A stretch of DNA of 32,000 nt from Methylorubrum extorquens (GCA_900234795.1 LT962688.1:2760001-2792000), one strand, 5' to 3'; positions 1 through 7,967 are shown, counted from the stretch's first letter. Notes: generated from the sequence alone by a model not told the origin. Numbers and translations: made by a program.

Positions 1-1715
1 GATCCTGGGTAACGCACGACGTCGGCGAGGTGCGGCGTCTCGCCCCCATTCTCGGCCGCACGCGCATGGGCCTCCGGCACGAGGACGATTCCGGCATAGC
101 GATCGTGCTCGTCCACCACGACGACGCGCGACGGCGAGCCGAGGGGATGTGCGCGCAGGAACGTCGCCATCGGCGTGTCGAGGGGCACCGGACGGATGTC
201 CTTGCGCATCATCCGCCCGACCGTCAGGGAGCGCATCCAGCCGACATCGTGGGCGCTGCGGATGCTCTCGCCGCGCAAGTGGAAGCGCCACGTGGCGAAG
301 GAGTAGCCGAAGGTTTTCCGCACCGTGAGCGAGGAGGCGATCACGGAGGCGAGCACGAGCCCGGTCACGGGGAAGCTGCCCGTCATCTCCAGGGCGAGGA
401 AGGTCATGGTGAGCGGACCGCCGACGATGGCGACGGCGAAGGCGCTCATGCCGATCACGGCATAGCCGACCGGCGCGAGGCCGAACCCCTCGAAGCCGGG
501 CCAGACCATCGGCGCGAGCCCCGCGAACAGACGGCCGACCAGCGCGCCGAGAAACAGCGATGCGAAGAACAGGCCGCCGCGGAAGCCCGATCCGATCGAC
601 ATCGCGGAGGCTGCGGCCTTGGCGACGATGAGGCCGGCGAGCGCACCGAGCCCCGCCGCCGCCTCGGGTGCGAGGGTGATATGGAGCGCGCCGTGCCCGG
701 CCGAGAGCACCTGAGGGGTCGTCGCGAGCGCGAGGCCGCCGACGCATAGGCCACCGAGAACGGGCCGCAGGGGTGCAGGCAAGCGTGAGGCACGAAAGCC
801 TTGCTCCACCAGCGTTACGCCCCGCATCAGCAGCACCGCGAGGCCGGCGCAGACGAGGCCAAGGACGAGACACGGCAGCGTGTCGCCCGCCCCCAAAGCC
901 GTAATTTTGGCCAGCGCCAGAGCGCCGACATCGACCAAAGCCGGCTGGGGCGCGAGTGCCCGTGCCACGAGGCTGCCGCACAGCGCCGCGACGACGACGG
1001 GGGCGAGCGTCGCGATGGTGTAGGTGCCGATGATGAGTTCAAACGCGTAAAAGGCGCCGGTCAGCGGCGAGCCGAACGCGGCGGCAATGGCGGCTGCCGA
1101 GCCGCAGCCGACCAAAGTGCGCAGGTCCGAACGCCGCATCTCGAAGGCGATGCCGAGCCGCGAGGCGATCCCCGACGCGACCTGGGTGTAGCCGGCCTCA
1201 AGCCCTACCGAGGCGCCGCAGCCGTTCGAGACCACGTTCTGTGCCGCCACGTCGAGGGAGCCGCGCAGCGACATCCGCCCGCCGTGCAGGGCATTGGCCT
1301 CGATCGGATCGACCACGGCGCGCTTGGCCTTGCCGCGCCCCCTCGTCGCGATCACGAGCAGCAGGCCGAGAATCGCGCCGCCGAGCGCCGGAGCCAGGAA
1401 TGGGGCCCCCATCAGCCCCTCGGTCGGAAGATCCGTCAGGCTACTGAGGCGCTGGCCCGCGGGAAGCCGATAGAGGATTTCGCGCAGGAACTGGCTGGCG
1501 CCGCTCATGGCGACGACGACGAGCCCCCCGACGCATCCCGTGACGGCCGCGAGCCCCACCAGGGCAATCTCGTTCCCCCGCACCCAGGCCCGAAGCCGCA
1601 CCGGTGCCTGGACGAGCGGGGCGGTGGTGGGCGGAGACGGAGACGGGCTCATCGCACTCGCGGAGGCTGGGTCCGGATCGCAGGCCATAGCGGCCATGCG
1701 CCCGCCGTCTAGCAT
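1..1715 (-). CDS. ClC-family voltage-gated chloride channel with a C-terminal CBS-like region; the 3' end lies outside the window
   Basis: This frame is absent from the ORF track because it has no stop inside the window. My hand translation of the minus strand gives ...MSPSPSPPTTAPLVQ...GCGASVGLEAGYTQ...GSPLTGAFYAFELIIG...GSGFRGGLFFASLFLGALVG...FLALEMTG...VVVVDEHDRYAGIV.... These are typical ClC helix and selectivity motifs followed by a CBS-like tail. In-frame ATG candidates are at 1715, 1697, 1688 and 1652, so the start is uncertain. Confidence 0.85.
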   Translation of the reverse strand, partial: MLDGGRMAAMACDPDPASASAMSPSPSPPTTAPLVQAPVRLRAWVRGNEIALVGLAAVTGCVGGLVVVAMSGASQFLREILYRLPAGQRLSSLTDLPTEGLMGAPFLAPALGGAILGLLLVIATRGRGKAKRAVVDPIEANALHGGRMSLRGSLDVAAQNVVSNGCGASVGLEAGYTQVASGIASRLGIAFEMRRSDLRTLVGCGSAAAIAAAFGSPLTGAFYAFELIIGTYTIATLAPVVVAALCGSLVARALAPQPALVDVGALALAKITALGAGDTLPCLVLGLVCAGLAVLLMRGVTLVEQGFRASRLPAPLRPVLGGLCVGGLALATTPQVLSAGHGALHITLAPEAAAGLGALAGLIVAKAAASAMSIGSGFRGGLFFASLFLGALVGRLFAGLAPMVWPGFEGFGLAPVGYAVIGMSAFAVAIVGGPLTMTFLALEMTGSFPVTGLVLASVIASSLTVRKTFGYSFATWRFHLRGESIRSAHDVGWMRSLTVGRMMRKDIRPVPLDTPMATFLRAHPLGSPSRVVVVDEHDRYAGIVLVPEAHARAAENGGETPHLADVVRYPG

Positions 1716-1800
1716 CGGTGGATCGATGGCGCGAACCGCGAAGAGGCGCATTCAAGACGCTTGAAATGCCGCGAGCCTCGGGATAAGTCCCCCCTCACGT

Positions 1801-1877
1801 GCCGCCGTAGCTCAGTTGGTTAGAGCACTAGATTGTGGATCTAGGGGTCCCCCGTTCGAGCCGGGGCGGTGGTACCA
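1801..1877 (+). tRNA. tRNA-His (anticodon GTG), 77 nt with encoded CCA
   Basis: The cloverleaf was folded by eye. The acceptor is GCCGCCG/CGGTGGT, with G1-U72 and G4-U69 wobble pairs. The D stem is GCTC/GAGC and the anticodon stem is CTAGA/TCTAG with loop TTGTGGA. The T arm is CCCCG-TTCGAGC-CGGGG, the discriminator is A, and CCA follows. Confidence 0.93.
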
Positions 1878-1896
1878 TCGAATTTCGTATGGTTGG

Positions 1897-1932
1897 GAAG
1901 GGGTTGGCGCTGAGCCAGCCCCTTCTTCGTTT
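1897..1932 (+). terminator. Rho-independent terminator after tRNA-His
   Basis: A 12-bp stem GAAGGGGTTGGC / GCCAGCCCCTTC (one G-U pair) with loop GCTGA is followed by TTCGTTT. Confidence 0.6.
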
Positions 1933-2039
1933 GGGCCCGACGGATTGACCGGCGCTTGCGAGCCGGTCGGGTCCTCTTGCGAGACAAGCCGGGCTTCCCC
2001 TGCCGCTGTGAGCCAGCGCGCAGGGACGGCGCCATGGCA

Positions 2040-2291
2040 TCAGGTGGCGATCACCGGCTTCGCGATCGGCGAGCGCGTGAGCTGCTGGATTTCGCGCGGT
2101 GCCCGGCCGGCCTTCTGCGCGATTTCCGCTTCCTGCTCGGCGATGAGTTGACGCGCCGGCTCGTCGCCGTCGAGCCCGCCGAGGATTTCCATCGGGACAC
2201 GCCGGTTGGAGGCGCGTGTGCCGTCCTCAAAGACAACGTCGAAGAGAACGAAGCCGCGCTGCTGCGGCAGAGATTTGGTGCGTTTAGACAT
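2040..2291 (-). CDS. Small hypothetical protein (83 aa)
   Basis: This is the C-terminal part of track ORF 2040..2849. From the ATG at 2291 the sequence is MSKRTKSLPQQRGFVLFDVVFEDGTRASNRRVPMEILGGLDGDEPARQLIAEQEAEIAQKAGRAPREIQQLTRSPIAKPVIAT. It has normal amino-acid composition, whereas the upstream part of the long ORF is Arg/Ser/Pro junk that overlaps the methyltransferase gene on the other strand. Confidence 0.55.
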   Translation of the reverse strand: MSKRTKSLPQQRGFVLFDVVFEDGTRASNRRVPMEILGGLDGDEPARQLIAEQEAEIAQKAGRAPREIQQLTRSPIAKPVIAT

Positions 2292-2379
2292 GCCCGCTGA
2301 TAGGCGGCCTTCAGCGGAAAGAGCAATGGCGACGGACGCATGCGGGGTCGCACCCGGCGCCCGGCCGGGAAAGGCAGCG

Positions 2380-3051
2380 ATGAACGAGTGGGTGCACCTC
2401 GAATCCAGCGACGTGCCCGGCGGCGGCAAGAGCCTCGCCTTGATGCAGCGCGGCGGTGAATTCTCCATCGTCGTCGGCAACATCGAATTGATGAACAGCA
2501 CGCGTGGCACCTCGGAGGAGGCGCTGGCGTCGCTGACCTGCGCCCGGCTGACGGGCCGGCCGGCGCCGCGCATCCTGATCGGCGGTCTCGGCATGGGCTT
2601 TACGCTGCGCGCCGCTTTGCGGGAGCTAGGACCGAACGCGCGCATCGTCGTCGCCGAACTTGTGCCGGCGGTGGCCGCCTGGGCACGGGGACCGCTCGCT
2701 TCCATCTTCGCTGGCTGCCTCGACGATCCGCGCGTCGAGCTGCGCGAGACGGACGTGACCCGCCTGATCCAGTCCGAGGCCGCCGGGTGGGATGCGATCC
2801 TCTTGGATGTGGATAACGGTCCGGAGGGTCTGCTGCGGCGCGCCAACAACCGGCTTTACGACGAGTGGGGCCTGAAGCGGGCACAATGGGCGTTGAAGCC
2901 CGGCGGCACGCTCGGGGTGTGGTCGGGGACGCCGGACCGGAAGTTCAAGGCGCGGCTTCAGCGGCTTGGTTTCACCGTCGAGGAGGTTCGCCGGCCAGCC
3001 AGCGGTTCGAGCGGTCCCCGCCATGTCATCTGGCTCGCAACGCAGCCCTGA
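2380..3051 (+). CDS. Class I SAM-dependent methyltransferase of the spermidine/spermine synthase-like family
   Basis: Frame of track ORF 2206..3051. It contains the Rossmann glycine motif ILIGGLGMGFTLRAAL, an acidic loop VVAELVP, and DAILLDVDNGPEGL...LKPGGTLGVWS. The start was chosen at ATG 2380 (MNEWVHLESS), which is preceded by GGAAAGG; ATG 2326 is also possible. Confidence 0.75.
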   Translation: MNEWVHLESSDVPGGGKSLALMQRGGEFSIVVGNIELMNSTRGTSEEALASLTCARLTGRPAPRILIGGLGMGFTLRAALRELGPNARIVVAELVPAVAAWARGPLASIFAGCLDDPRVELRETDVTRLIQSEAAGWDAILLDVDNGPEGLLRRANNRLYDEWGLKRAQWALKPGGTLGVWSGTPDRKFKARLQRLGFTVEEVRRPASGSSGPRHVIWLATQP

Positions 3052-3161
3052 CCTTCGGTGCGCTGTTGGCGCAGAACGGCCGGGACACGCGCTTCACCAG
3101 CCTCGTTGCGAGCGTGTCCCACCTGTTCGATTTCGCACAGATGCTGGACCCGTAAGAATCG

Positions 3162-3193
3162 CGCACCGGGCCGGAATCGTTCGGCCCGATGCG
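3162..3193. terminator. Possible bidirectional terminator hairpin between convergent genes
   Basis: The stem is CGCACCGGGCCG / CGGCCCGATGCG (12 bp, one mismatch) with loop GAATCGTT. The flanks are moderately T-rich on both strands. Confidence 0.35.
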
Positions 3194-3239
3194 CGATGTT
3201 GTATCGCTCGACGATGCGAATGCCGAGCTTGCCTGCGGA

Positions 3240-3749
3240 TCAGCGATCCGCCTTCTCGCCCGCGATGGTAAGATCGACGTAGCGCTTCGTCGTCGGGCCG
3301 ATCAGTTCGCGTACCCGGCGCGCCATCGCCTCTTCCTCCTGCAGCGATTGGCGGAAGCCCGTCAGGCTACCGCCCTGCCCGGCCGCCTCGCCGATGGTCA
3401 GCAGCGATTCGTAGGCTGCGATCTCGAAGTTCTCGAAGGCGTGGTTGGCGTAGGTGTTCTTCAGGATCTCGTCCTGTGCCGGCGTGTGACCCAGCGCCAT
3501 CATGTTGCCGACGAAGCCGAGGATGCCTTCCTTGATCGCCGAGGGGCTGTCGCCGAGCGATTGAAGAGCCTCTTCCAGGCGGGTGCGCTGGCCGTGCGTC
3601 TCCGCGATGTGGCGGCGCAGAGCCTCCTCCATCTCAGGGTAGCGGGTGAGCCGTTCCACCTGACGCTCCATGATCTGCAGGGCCTGCATTTCGAGAGCGT
3701 GGGTGTTCTTGAGTGCGGTGACGTAGATTTCGCGCGTGTCGAGGGCCAT
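3240..3749 (-). CDS. Ferritin-like YciE/YciF family (DUF892) stress protein
   Basis: 169-aa ORF MALDTREIYVTALKNTHALEMQALQIMERQVERL...HIAETHGQ...NHAFENFEIAAYESLL.... This is the characteristic YciE/YciF four-helix pattern. AGGAG lies 9 nt upstream of the ATG. Confidence 0.85.
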   Translation of the reverse strand: MALDTREIYVTALKNTHALEMQALQIMERQVERLTRYPEMEEALRRHIAETHGQRTRLEEALQSLGDSPSAIKEGILGFVGNMMALGHTPAQDEILKNTYANHAFENFEIAAYESLLTIGEAAGQGGSLTGFRQSLQEEEAMARRVRELIGPTTKRYVDLTIAGEKADR

Positions 3750-3785
3750 CGTCGGCGTCTCCTGTTCAAACGGTGTGGGGTGAAG

Positions 3786-3824
3786 CGCAAAAGAATCGCC
3801 CGGCCGCAGAGGCAGCCGGGCGAT
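3786..3824 (-). terminator. Strong hairpin plus T-run immediately after the Mn-catalase stop codon
   Basis: On the minus strand, ATCGCCCGGC-(10 nt loop)-GCCGGGCGAT forms a perfect 10-bp stem and is followed by TTCTTTTG. Confidence 0.6.
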
Positions 3825-3827
3825 GAA

Positions 3828-4685
3828 TCAGCCGATCTGTTGCGTCTCGGCGCCGCTGTCGGGGCGAGCGGGGCCGAGCACGGGCTCCTGACCCATGGGC
3901 TCGTTCTGGAAGACGCTGAAATTGCCCTTGCCGTCGATCGAGGGGCCGGCCGTCCAGCGGCCTTCCGGCGGCGGAGCACCGTTACGGTTCGTGGCGAAGA
4001 AGCTGTAGTTGAACTTCTGGTTCTCTTCCGATTGCGGGAAGCTGTTCGGGATCGGCAGGGCTCCCTCGGTGCCGCCAAGCTCCTCGATGACCGCGAGCCA
4101 TTGCTGCTGGTGCATCGTGTCGCGGGCGATGAGGAAGCTCCACATGTCCTTCATGCCGGGATCGTTGGTCGCGTTGGACAGGCGCACCGCCAAGGTCCGG
4201 CCGGTCGCCTCGGCGGCGACGTTGCAATACATGTCCGCGGCGATGTTTCCGCTGGCATAGATGTGGTTCATGTCGAACGGCACGCCGTCGGAATTGCCGG
4301 GGAAGGCGGCCATGCCCGAGGAGAGCAGGTGCTTGTGCAGCATCCCTTCGGCGATATGGCGCGGGTTTTCGCCACCCATCACGGCGCCGACGATAGCATC
4401 GGCGGCCCCGGCCTCCTGAACCTTGGTCGGTGCGTTTTCGAGATTCATTGCAACGGCTGTTGCCAGCATCTCGATATGGCCGATCTCCTCCGTCGCAGTG
4501 TGGAGAAGCATGTCGCGGTACTTGGTGTTGGGCGCGCGATTGCCCCAGGCCTGAAAGAAGTACTGCATACAGACGCGGATCTCGCCTTCGACGCCGCCGA
4601 TCGCCTGCTGTAGCATCCGGGCATAGATCGGATCCGGGCTATCGACCCGCACTGGGTATTGAAGCTTCTTGTCGAAATAGTACAT
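3828..4685 (-). CDS. Manganese (non-haem) catalase
   Basis: 285-aa ORF beginning MYYFDKKLQYPVRVDSPDPIYARMLQQAIGGVEGEIRVCMQYFFQAW...HTATEEIGHIEML.... This matches the di-Mn catalase family signature, including the EIGHIE metal-ligand helix. Confidence 0.93.
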   Translation of the reverse strand: MYYFDKKLQYPVRVDSPDPIYARMLQQAIGGVEGEIRVCMQYFFQAWGNRAPNTKYRDMLLHTATEEIGHIEMLATAVAMNLENAPTKVQEAGAADAIVGAVMGGENPRHIAEGMLHKHLLSSGMAAFPGNSDGVPFDMNHIYASGNIAADMYCNVAAEATGRTLAVRLSNATNDPGMKDMWSFLIARDTMHQQQWLAVIEELGGTEGALPIPNSFPQSEENQKFNYSFFATNRNGAPPPEGRWTAGPSIDGKGNFSVFQNEPMGQEPVLGPARPDSGAETQQIG

Positions 4686-4830
4686 CGGCTAACTTCCTCG
4701 GCACATAGATCACACAGTCGTGCACGGCCAAGTCTTTCGACTGGCTGCGCTTCGGCTCTTGTGTCGGGGAAATCGCCAACTGCGCGCTTTGTTCAGCGGA
4801 AACTCGCGCCGATCGTGTCGCACTCATATG

Positions 4831-4849
4831 TTGTGCTGATATAGCACAA
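4831..4849. promoter_or_regulatory. Perfect palindrome TTGTGCT-GATAT-AGCACAA, a candidate operator upstream of the Mn-catalase gene
   Basis: It has 7-bp perfect inverted arms with a 5-bp spacer inside an AT-rich intergenic patch. It lies 146-164 nt upstream of the catalase ATG at 4685. Confidence 0.3.
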
Positions 4850-4919
4850 TGCATAATCGCAGTGAGGTAACCTATAGCCTCGTGAGAGTGACGGGGCCCG
4901 CGGCCGGTCGCGTCGCCGT

Positions 4920-7784
4920 TCAGGCCGCGTTGCGGCCGAGTGCCGTGACCAATTCACGGATCGTGGCCGAGGGGACGGGGCGGCTGAACAGGTAGCCCTG
5001 ACCCTCGTCGCAGCCTTCGAGCCGAAGCTGTTCCAGTTGGGCCTCGGTCTCGATCCCCTCCGCCGTGGTCGTGATGCCGAGGCTGCGGCCGAGGCCGACC
5101 ACGGAGCGCACGATCAGCCGCGAGTTGCCCGGCGCGGCGAGGTTACGCACGAAGGACTGGTCGATCTTGATCTTGTCGAAGGGGAAGCTCTGCAGGTAGC
5201 TCAACGACGAGAAGCCGGTGCCGAAATCGTCCATCGCCACCCGCACACCGAGGCGCTTCAGGGTGTGGAGCGTCGCCAGCGTCGTCACGCTGTCGTTGAG
5301 CAGGACCGACTCGGTGATTTCCAGTTCCAGCCGGTGCGCCGGCAACCCGCTCGCGGCGAGCGCATCCATCACCGCCCGGACGACCGCCGCGTTCTTGAAT
5401 TGCGCGGCGGAGACATTGACGGCGACGCGGATGTTCGAGGGCCAGGTCGCGGCCTCGCTGCAAGCCTTGCGCAGCACCCATTCGCCGATCTCGCCGATGG
5501 TGCCCGTCTCCTCCGCCAGGGGAATGAAATCCGCAGGAGAGACATAGCCGCGCTCGGGATGGCGCCAGCGCAGCAGCGCCTCGCAACTGGCGATCCGCTG
5601 CCGGTCGAGCTTGACGATCGGCTGGAACACGAGCTCGAACTCGCCGTTGCCGACAGCCTTCTTGAGATCGCTTTCGAGAGCCCGGCGCTTGCGCAGCTCG
5701 ACATCCATCTCCTCGTCGAAGAACGCCCAGCAGCCCCGTCCGGTGGCCTTGGCGCGGTAGAGCGCGAGATCGGCGCTCTTCAGCAGCTTCTCCGGGCTCG
5801 TTCCGTGTTCCGGTGCGAGCGAGATGCCGATGCTGAGCCCGACCGTCACGGTGTGTCCGTCGAGCAGGAAGGGCTGCTGGAACGCCGCGATCAGGCGCTT
5901 GGCCAGGGCGCTCGCATCCCGCCGCGCATGCGTGCCGGCCTGGACGCCGGCCTGGACGATGGCGAACTCGTCGCCGCCGAGACGCGCCACGAGATCGGTG
6001 TCGCGCAGACAGCCTTGCAGCCGTTCCGCAACGCTGCGCAGCAACCCATCGCCGATGGGATGGCCGAGGGTGTCGTTGACTTCCTTGAACCGGTCGAGAT
6101 CGAGGCAAAGCGTGGCGAACCCGGCACCGGCCCCATCGTCGAGACGCGCGGCGGCCTCTTCCAGGCGCTCGCCGAACACCATGCGGTTGGCGAGCCCCGT
6201 CAGCGCGTCCTTGCGCGCCATGGTGATAATCCGCGCTTCCGCCTCGTAGCGCTGGGTGACGTCCTCGTAGGTGGCGATCCAACCACCTTCCGCCGTCGGC
6301 TGCTGCTTGAGCGCGACGATGCAGTCCGTCCGGATCGGGCAACACAGCGAGGCGCTCAACCCGCGTTGGAGCAGGGCCTCCTGTTCGACGAGGAGATCGA
6401 TCGCGCGGCCGTTATCGGACGAGGCTTCGACGAGACGGGCCACGTCGCGGATGCTCATGCCGGTCCGCAACGCGGCGGCATCGACACCGAACATATCGCA
6501 GAAGCGGCGATTGTAGACGAGGAGGCCGCCCTCTGCGTCGTAGAGGCAGAGCCCCTGGAGCATGTTGCTGAGAGCCGCGTCGAGCTGCGCATTGCTGCGC
6601 TTGAGCTGATCCTCCTGCTCCTTCAGCAGGGACACGTCGCTGCAGACGGCAACGAAGCCGCCCTCGCGTGTGGGACTACGGCTGATGCGCAGCCAGCGCC
6701 CGTCGGCGGTATGCGTCTCGGCAGTCAGGGTGGCGTGACCGGGCATGGCGAGCAGGGCATCGGCAACGGCCGAACCGCGCGCGTCAGAGAGCGGGCGATG
6801 GCCGGGCTCGGCCTGATCGATCCCAAGCAAAGCGGCCGCCCGCGCGTTCGCGAGCACGATGCGGCCCCCGGCATCGACAACGACGATGCCTTCGATCGAC
6901 CCCTGCACCGCGTCGGCGAGCAGGCTTTGGGCGGAGCGGCGCTGCGCGACCTCCTCCTGCATCATCGCCGCGATGTTGTCGCGCATGACCGCCATGGCGC
7001 GCAGCAGGATGCCGAACTCGTCGTCGCCGCCCTCGGGCACGCCCACGGTCAACTCACCGGCGGCGATGCGGCTCGCGACCGTCGAGGCGTCGGCCACTGG
7101 CCGAACGATCTGCCGCAACAGGAGCAAGGCGACGATGCCCGAAAGAATGATCGCGAGTGAGGTCGCGAAGATGCTTAGACCGACGTCACGGGCCACGTCG
7201 GCGCGGGCCGTCTGCCGATAGGAGAAGCCGTCCCCGGCGGTGAAGTTGATCAGCAGGTCGATATGCTGCTCGGCCACCGCTGCGTGGGCATCGAGGGCCT
7301 GCCAGACATCCGCCGTCTGTTGATCGGGGCCGAACTCCCTCCGGGCGGCGAGCCAGTGCGCGACGGCGTCTTTGGCGGCGGCGGCCTCGCGCGTCGCACG
7401 CTCCGACTGGGCCCGGTCCGCGGCGATCTCCAAATCTTCTTCGAACGATTGCGTCAGCGCCTCGATCCGCGCTTCGAGCGTCCGCCGCTCGGCGCTATCG
7501 CCCGCCAGGCGAGCTCGGGCCACCGCAGCCTGGAGCATCGCGAGGTCGGTCGCGGCAGCCCGGGCGTAATTGATCGCCATCAGAGAGCGATCGTAGGTTT
7601 TGTCGACCAGCGCACCCGTCGTCATGATGCCGAAGGCGGCGTAGCCGCCGAGTGCCGCCGTGATCGCGCTCAGCATCAGGAAGGCGAGGAAGATGCGGCC
7701 GCGAATCGTGCGACCACCGCGCAGCACGGCCCCGACGGCGGTGCGCCCGAGCGAAAAGCCAAAGGGTCGGCGTGGAAGACTCAT
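4920..7784 (-). CDS. Membrane-bound signalling protein with a 4-helix-bundle sensor, HAMP, PAS, PAS, GGDEF and EAL domains (diguanylate cyclase/phosphodiesterase)
   Basis: 954-aa ORF. Two hydrophobic segments flank a helical periplasmic region. The RLGGDEFAIV (GGDEF) and EALLRWRH (EAL) motifs are intact, as are DDFGTGFSSLSYL and QGYLFSRP. Confidence 0.92.
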   Translation of the reverse strand: MSLPRRPFGFSLGRTAVGAVLRGGRTIRGRIFLAFLMLSAITAALGGYAAFGIMTTGALVDKTYDRSLMAINYARAAATDLAMLQAAVARARLAGDSAERRTLEARIEALTQSFEEDLEIAADRAQSERATREAAAAKDAVAHWLAARREFGPDQQTADVWQALDAHAAVAEQHIDLLINFTAGDGFSYRQTARADVARDVGLSIFATSLAIILSGIVALLLLRQIVRPVADASTVASRIAAGELTVGVPEGGDDEFGILLRAMAVMRDNIAAMMQEEVAQRRSAQSLLADAVQGSIEGIVVVDAGGRIVLANARAAALLGIDQAEPGHRPLSDARGSAVADALLAMPGHATLTAETHTADGRWLRISRSPTREGGFVAVCSDVSLLKEQEDQLKRSNAQLDAALSNMLQGLCLYDAEGGLLVYNRRFCDMFGVDAAALRTGMSIRDVARLVEASSDNGRAIDLLVEQEALLQRGLSASLCCPIRTDCIVALKQQPTAEGGWIATYEDVTQRYEAEARIITMARKDALTGLANRMVFGERLEEAAARLDDGAGAGFATLCLDLDRFKEVNDTLGHPIGDGLLRSVAERLQGCLRDTDLVARLGGDEFAIVQAGVQAGTHARRDASALAKRLIAAFQQPFLLDGHTVTVGLSIGISLAPEHGTSPEKLLKSADLALYRAKATGRGCWAFFDEEMDVELRKRRALESDLKKAVGNGEFELVFQPIVKLDRQRIASCEALLRWRHPERGYVSPADFIPLAEETGTIGEIGEWVLRKACSEAATWPSNIRVAVNVSAAQFKNAAVVRAVMDALAASGLPAHRLELEITESVLLNDSVTTLATLHTLKRLGVRVAMDDFGTGFSSLSYLQSFPFDKIKIDQSFVRNLAAPGNSRLIVRSVVGLGRSLGITTTAEGIETEAQLEQLRLEGCDEGQGYLFSRPVPSATIRELVTALGRNAA

Positions 7785-7967
7785 CGGGCAAACGCTCGCT
7801 TCTCGCAGCCAGCATGTCCGACAATCGTTAAGGTAATCTGCGACGTCAGCGATTTCGGTAGTGTATCCCTCGAATTCGATGATGACGTTAAGGCGAACGC
7901 AACTTCATGGATGCTCCTCTGAAACGAACGAGTGCGCGGGGGCGTCCTCGAAGTAGAGGAGACGGGC

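Noticed and set aside
1716-1800. Fluoride riboswitch (crcB motif) upstream of the ClC gene.
   Set aside because: The 85-nt region shows none of the conserved crcB-motif core. The channel carries a CBS-domain tail, unlike the short fluoride-specific CLC-F proteins.
1878-2039. Genomic-island integration next to tRNA-His or tRNA-Tyr (24250-24533).
   Set aside because: There is no integrase gene, no direct repeat of the tRNA 3' end elsewhere in the window, and the flanking genes look like core genes with native composition.
2292-2849. Upstream 186 codons of minus-strand ORF 2040..2849.
   Set aside because: The composition is junk-like and it overlaps the well-supported methyltransferase gene on the plus strand. 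Only the last 83 codons (2040..2291) look like a gene.
4686-4919. EcfG/general-stress-type promoter (GGAAC-N16/17-CGTT) upstream of the Mn-catalase/YciE pair.
   Set aside because: The closest minus-strand match is GAAC followed by GTT after 10 nt or CGAT after 15 nt, so both the spacing and the -10 element are wrong. I found no convincing match here or in 3750-3827.
5037-7160. Very long ORFs antisense to, or out of frame with, real genes. Examples are 30..749+, 801..1712+, 3189..4613+, 5037..7160+, 5143..6345-, 9571..10980+, 11680..13161+, 16124..17464+, 16410..17693+, 19134..20498+, 20543..22582+, 24633..26153+, 25785..26576-, 26469..28022+, 28540..30108+ and 30158..31135+.
   Set aside because: Their translations are dominated by Arg/Ala/Gly/Pro/His runs with no recognisable motifs. 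Each is the mirror or a shifted frame of a gene with clear family signatures. Stop codons are rare in roughly 70% GC DNA, so such ORFs are expected artefacts.
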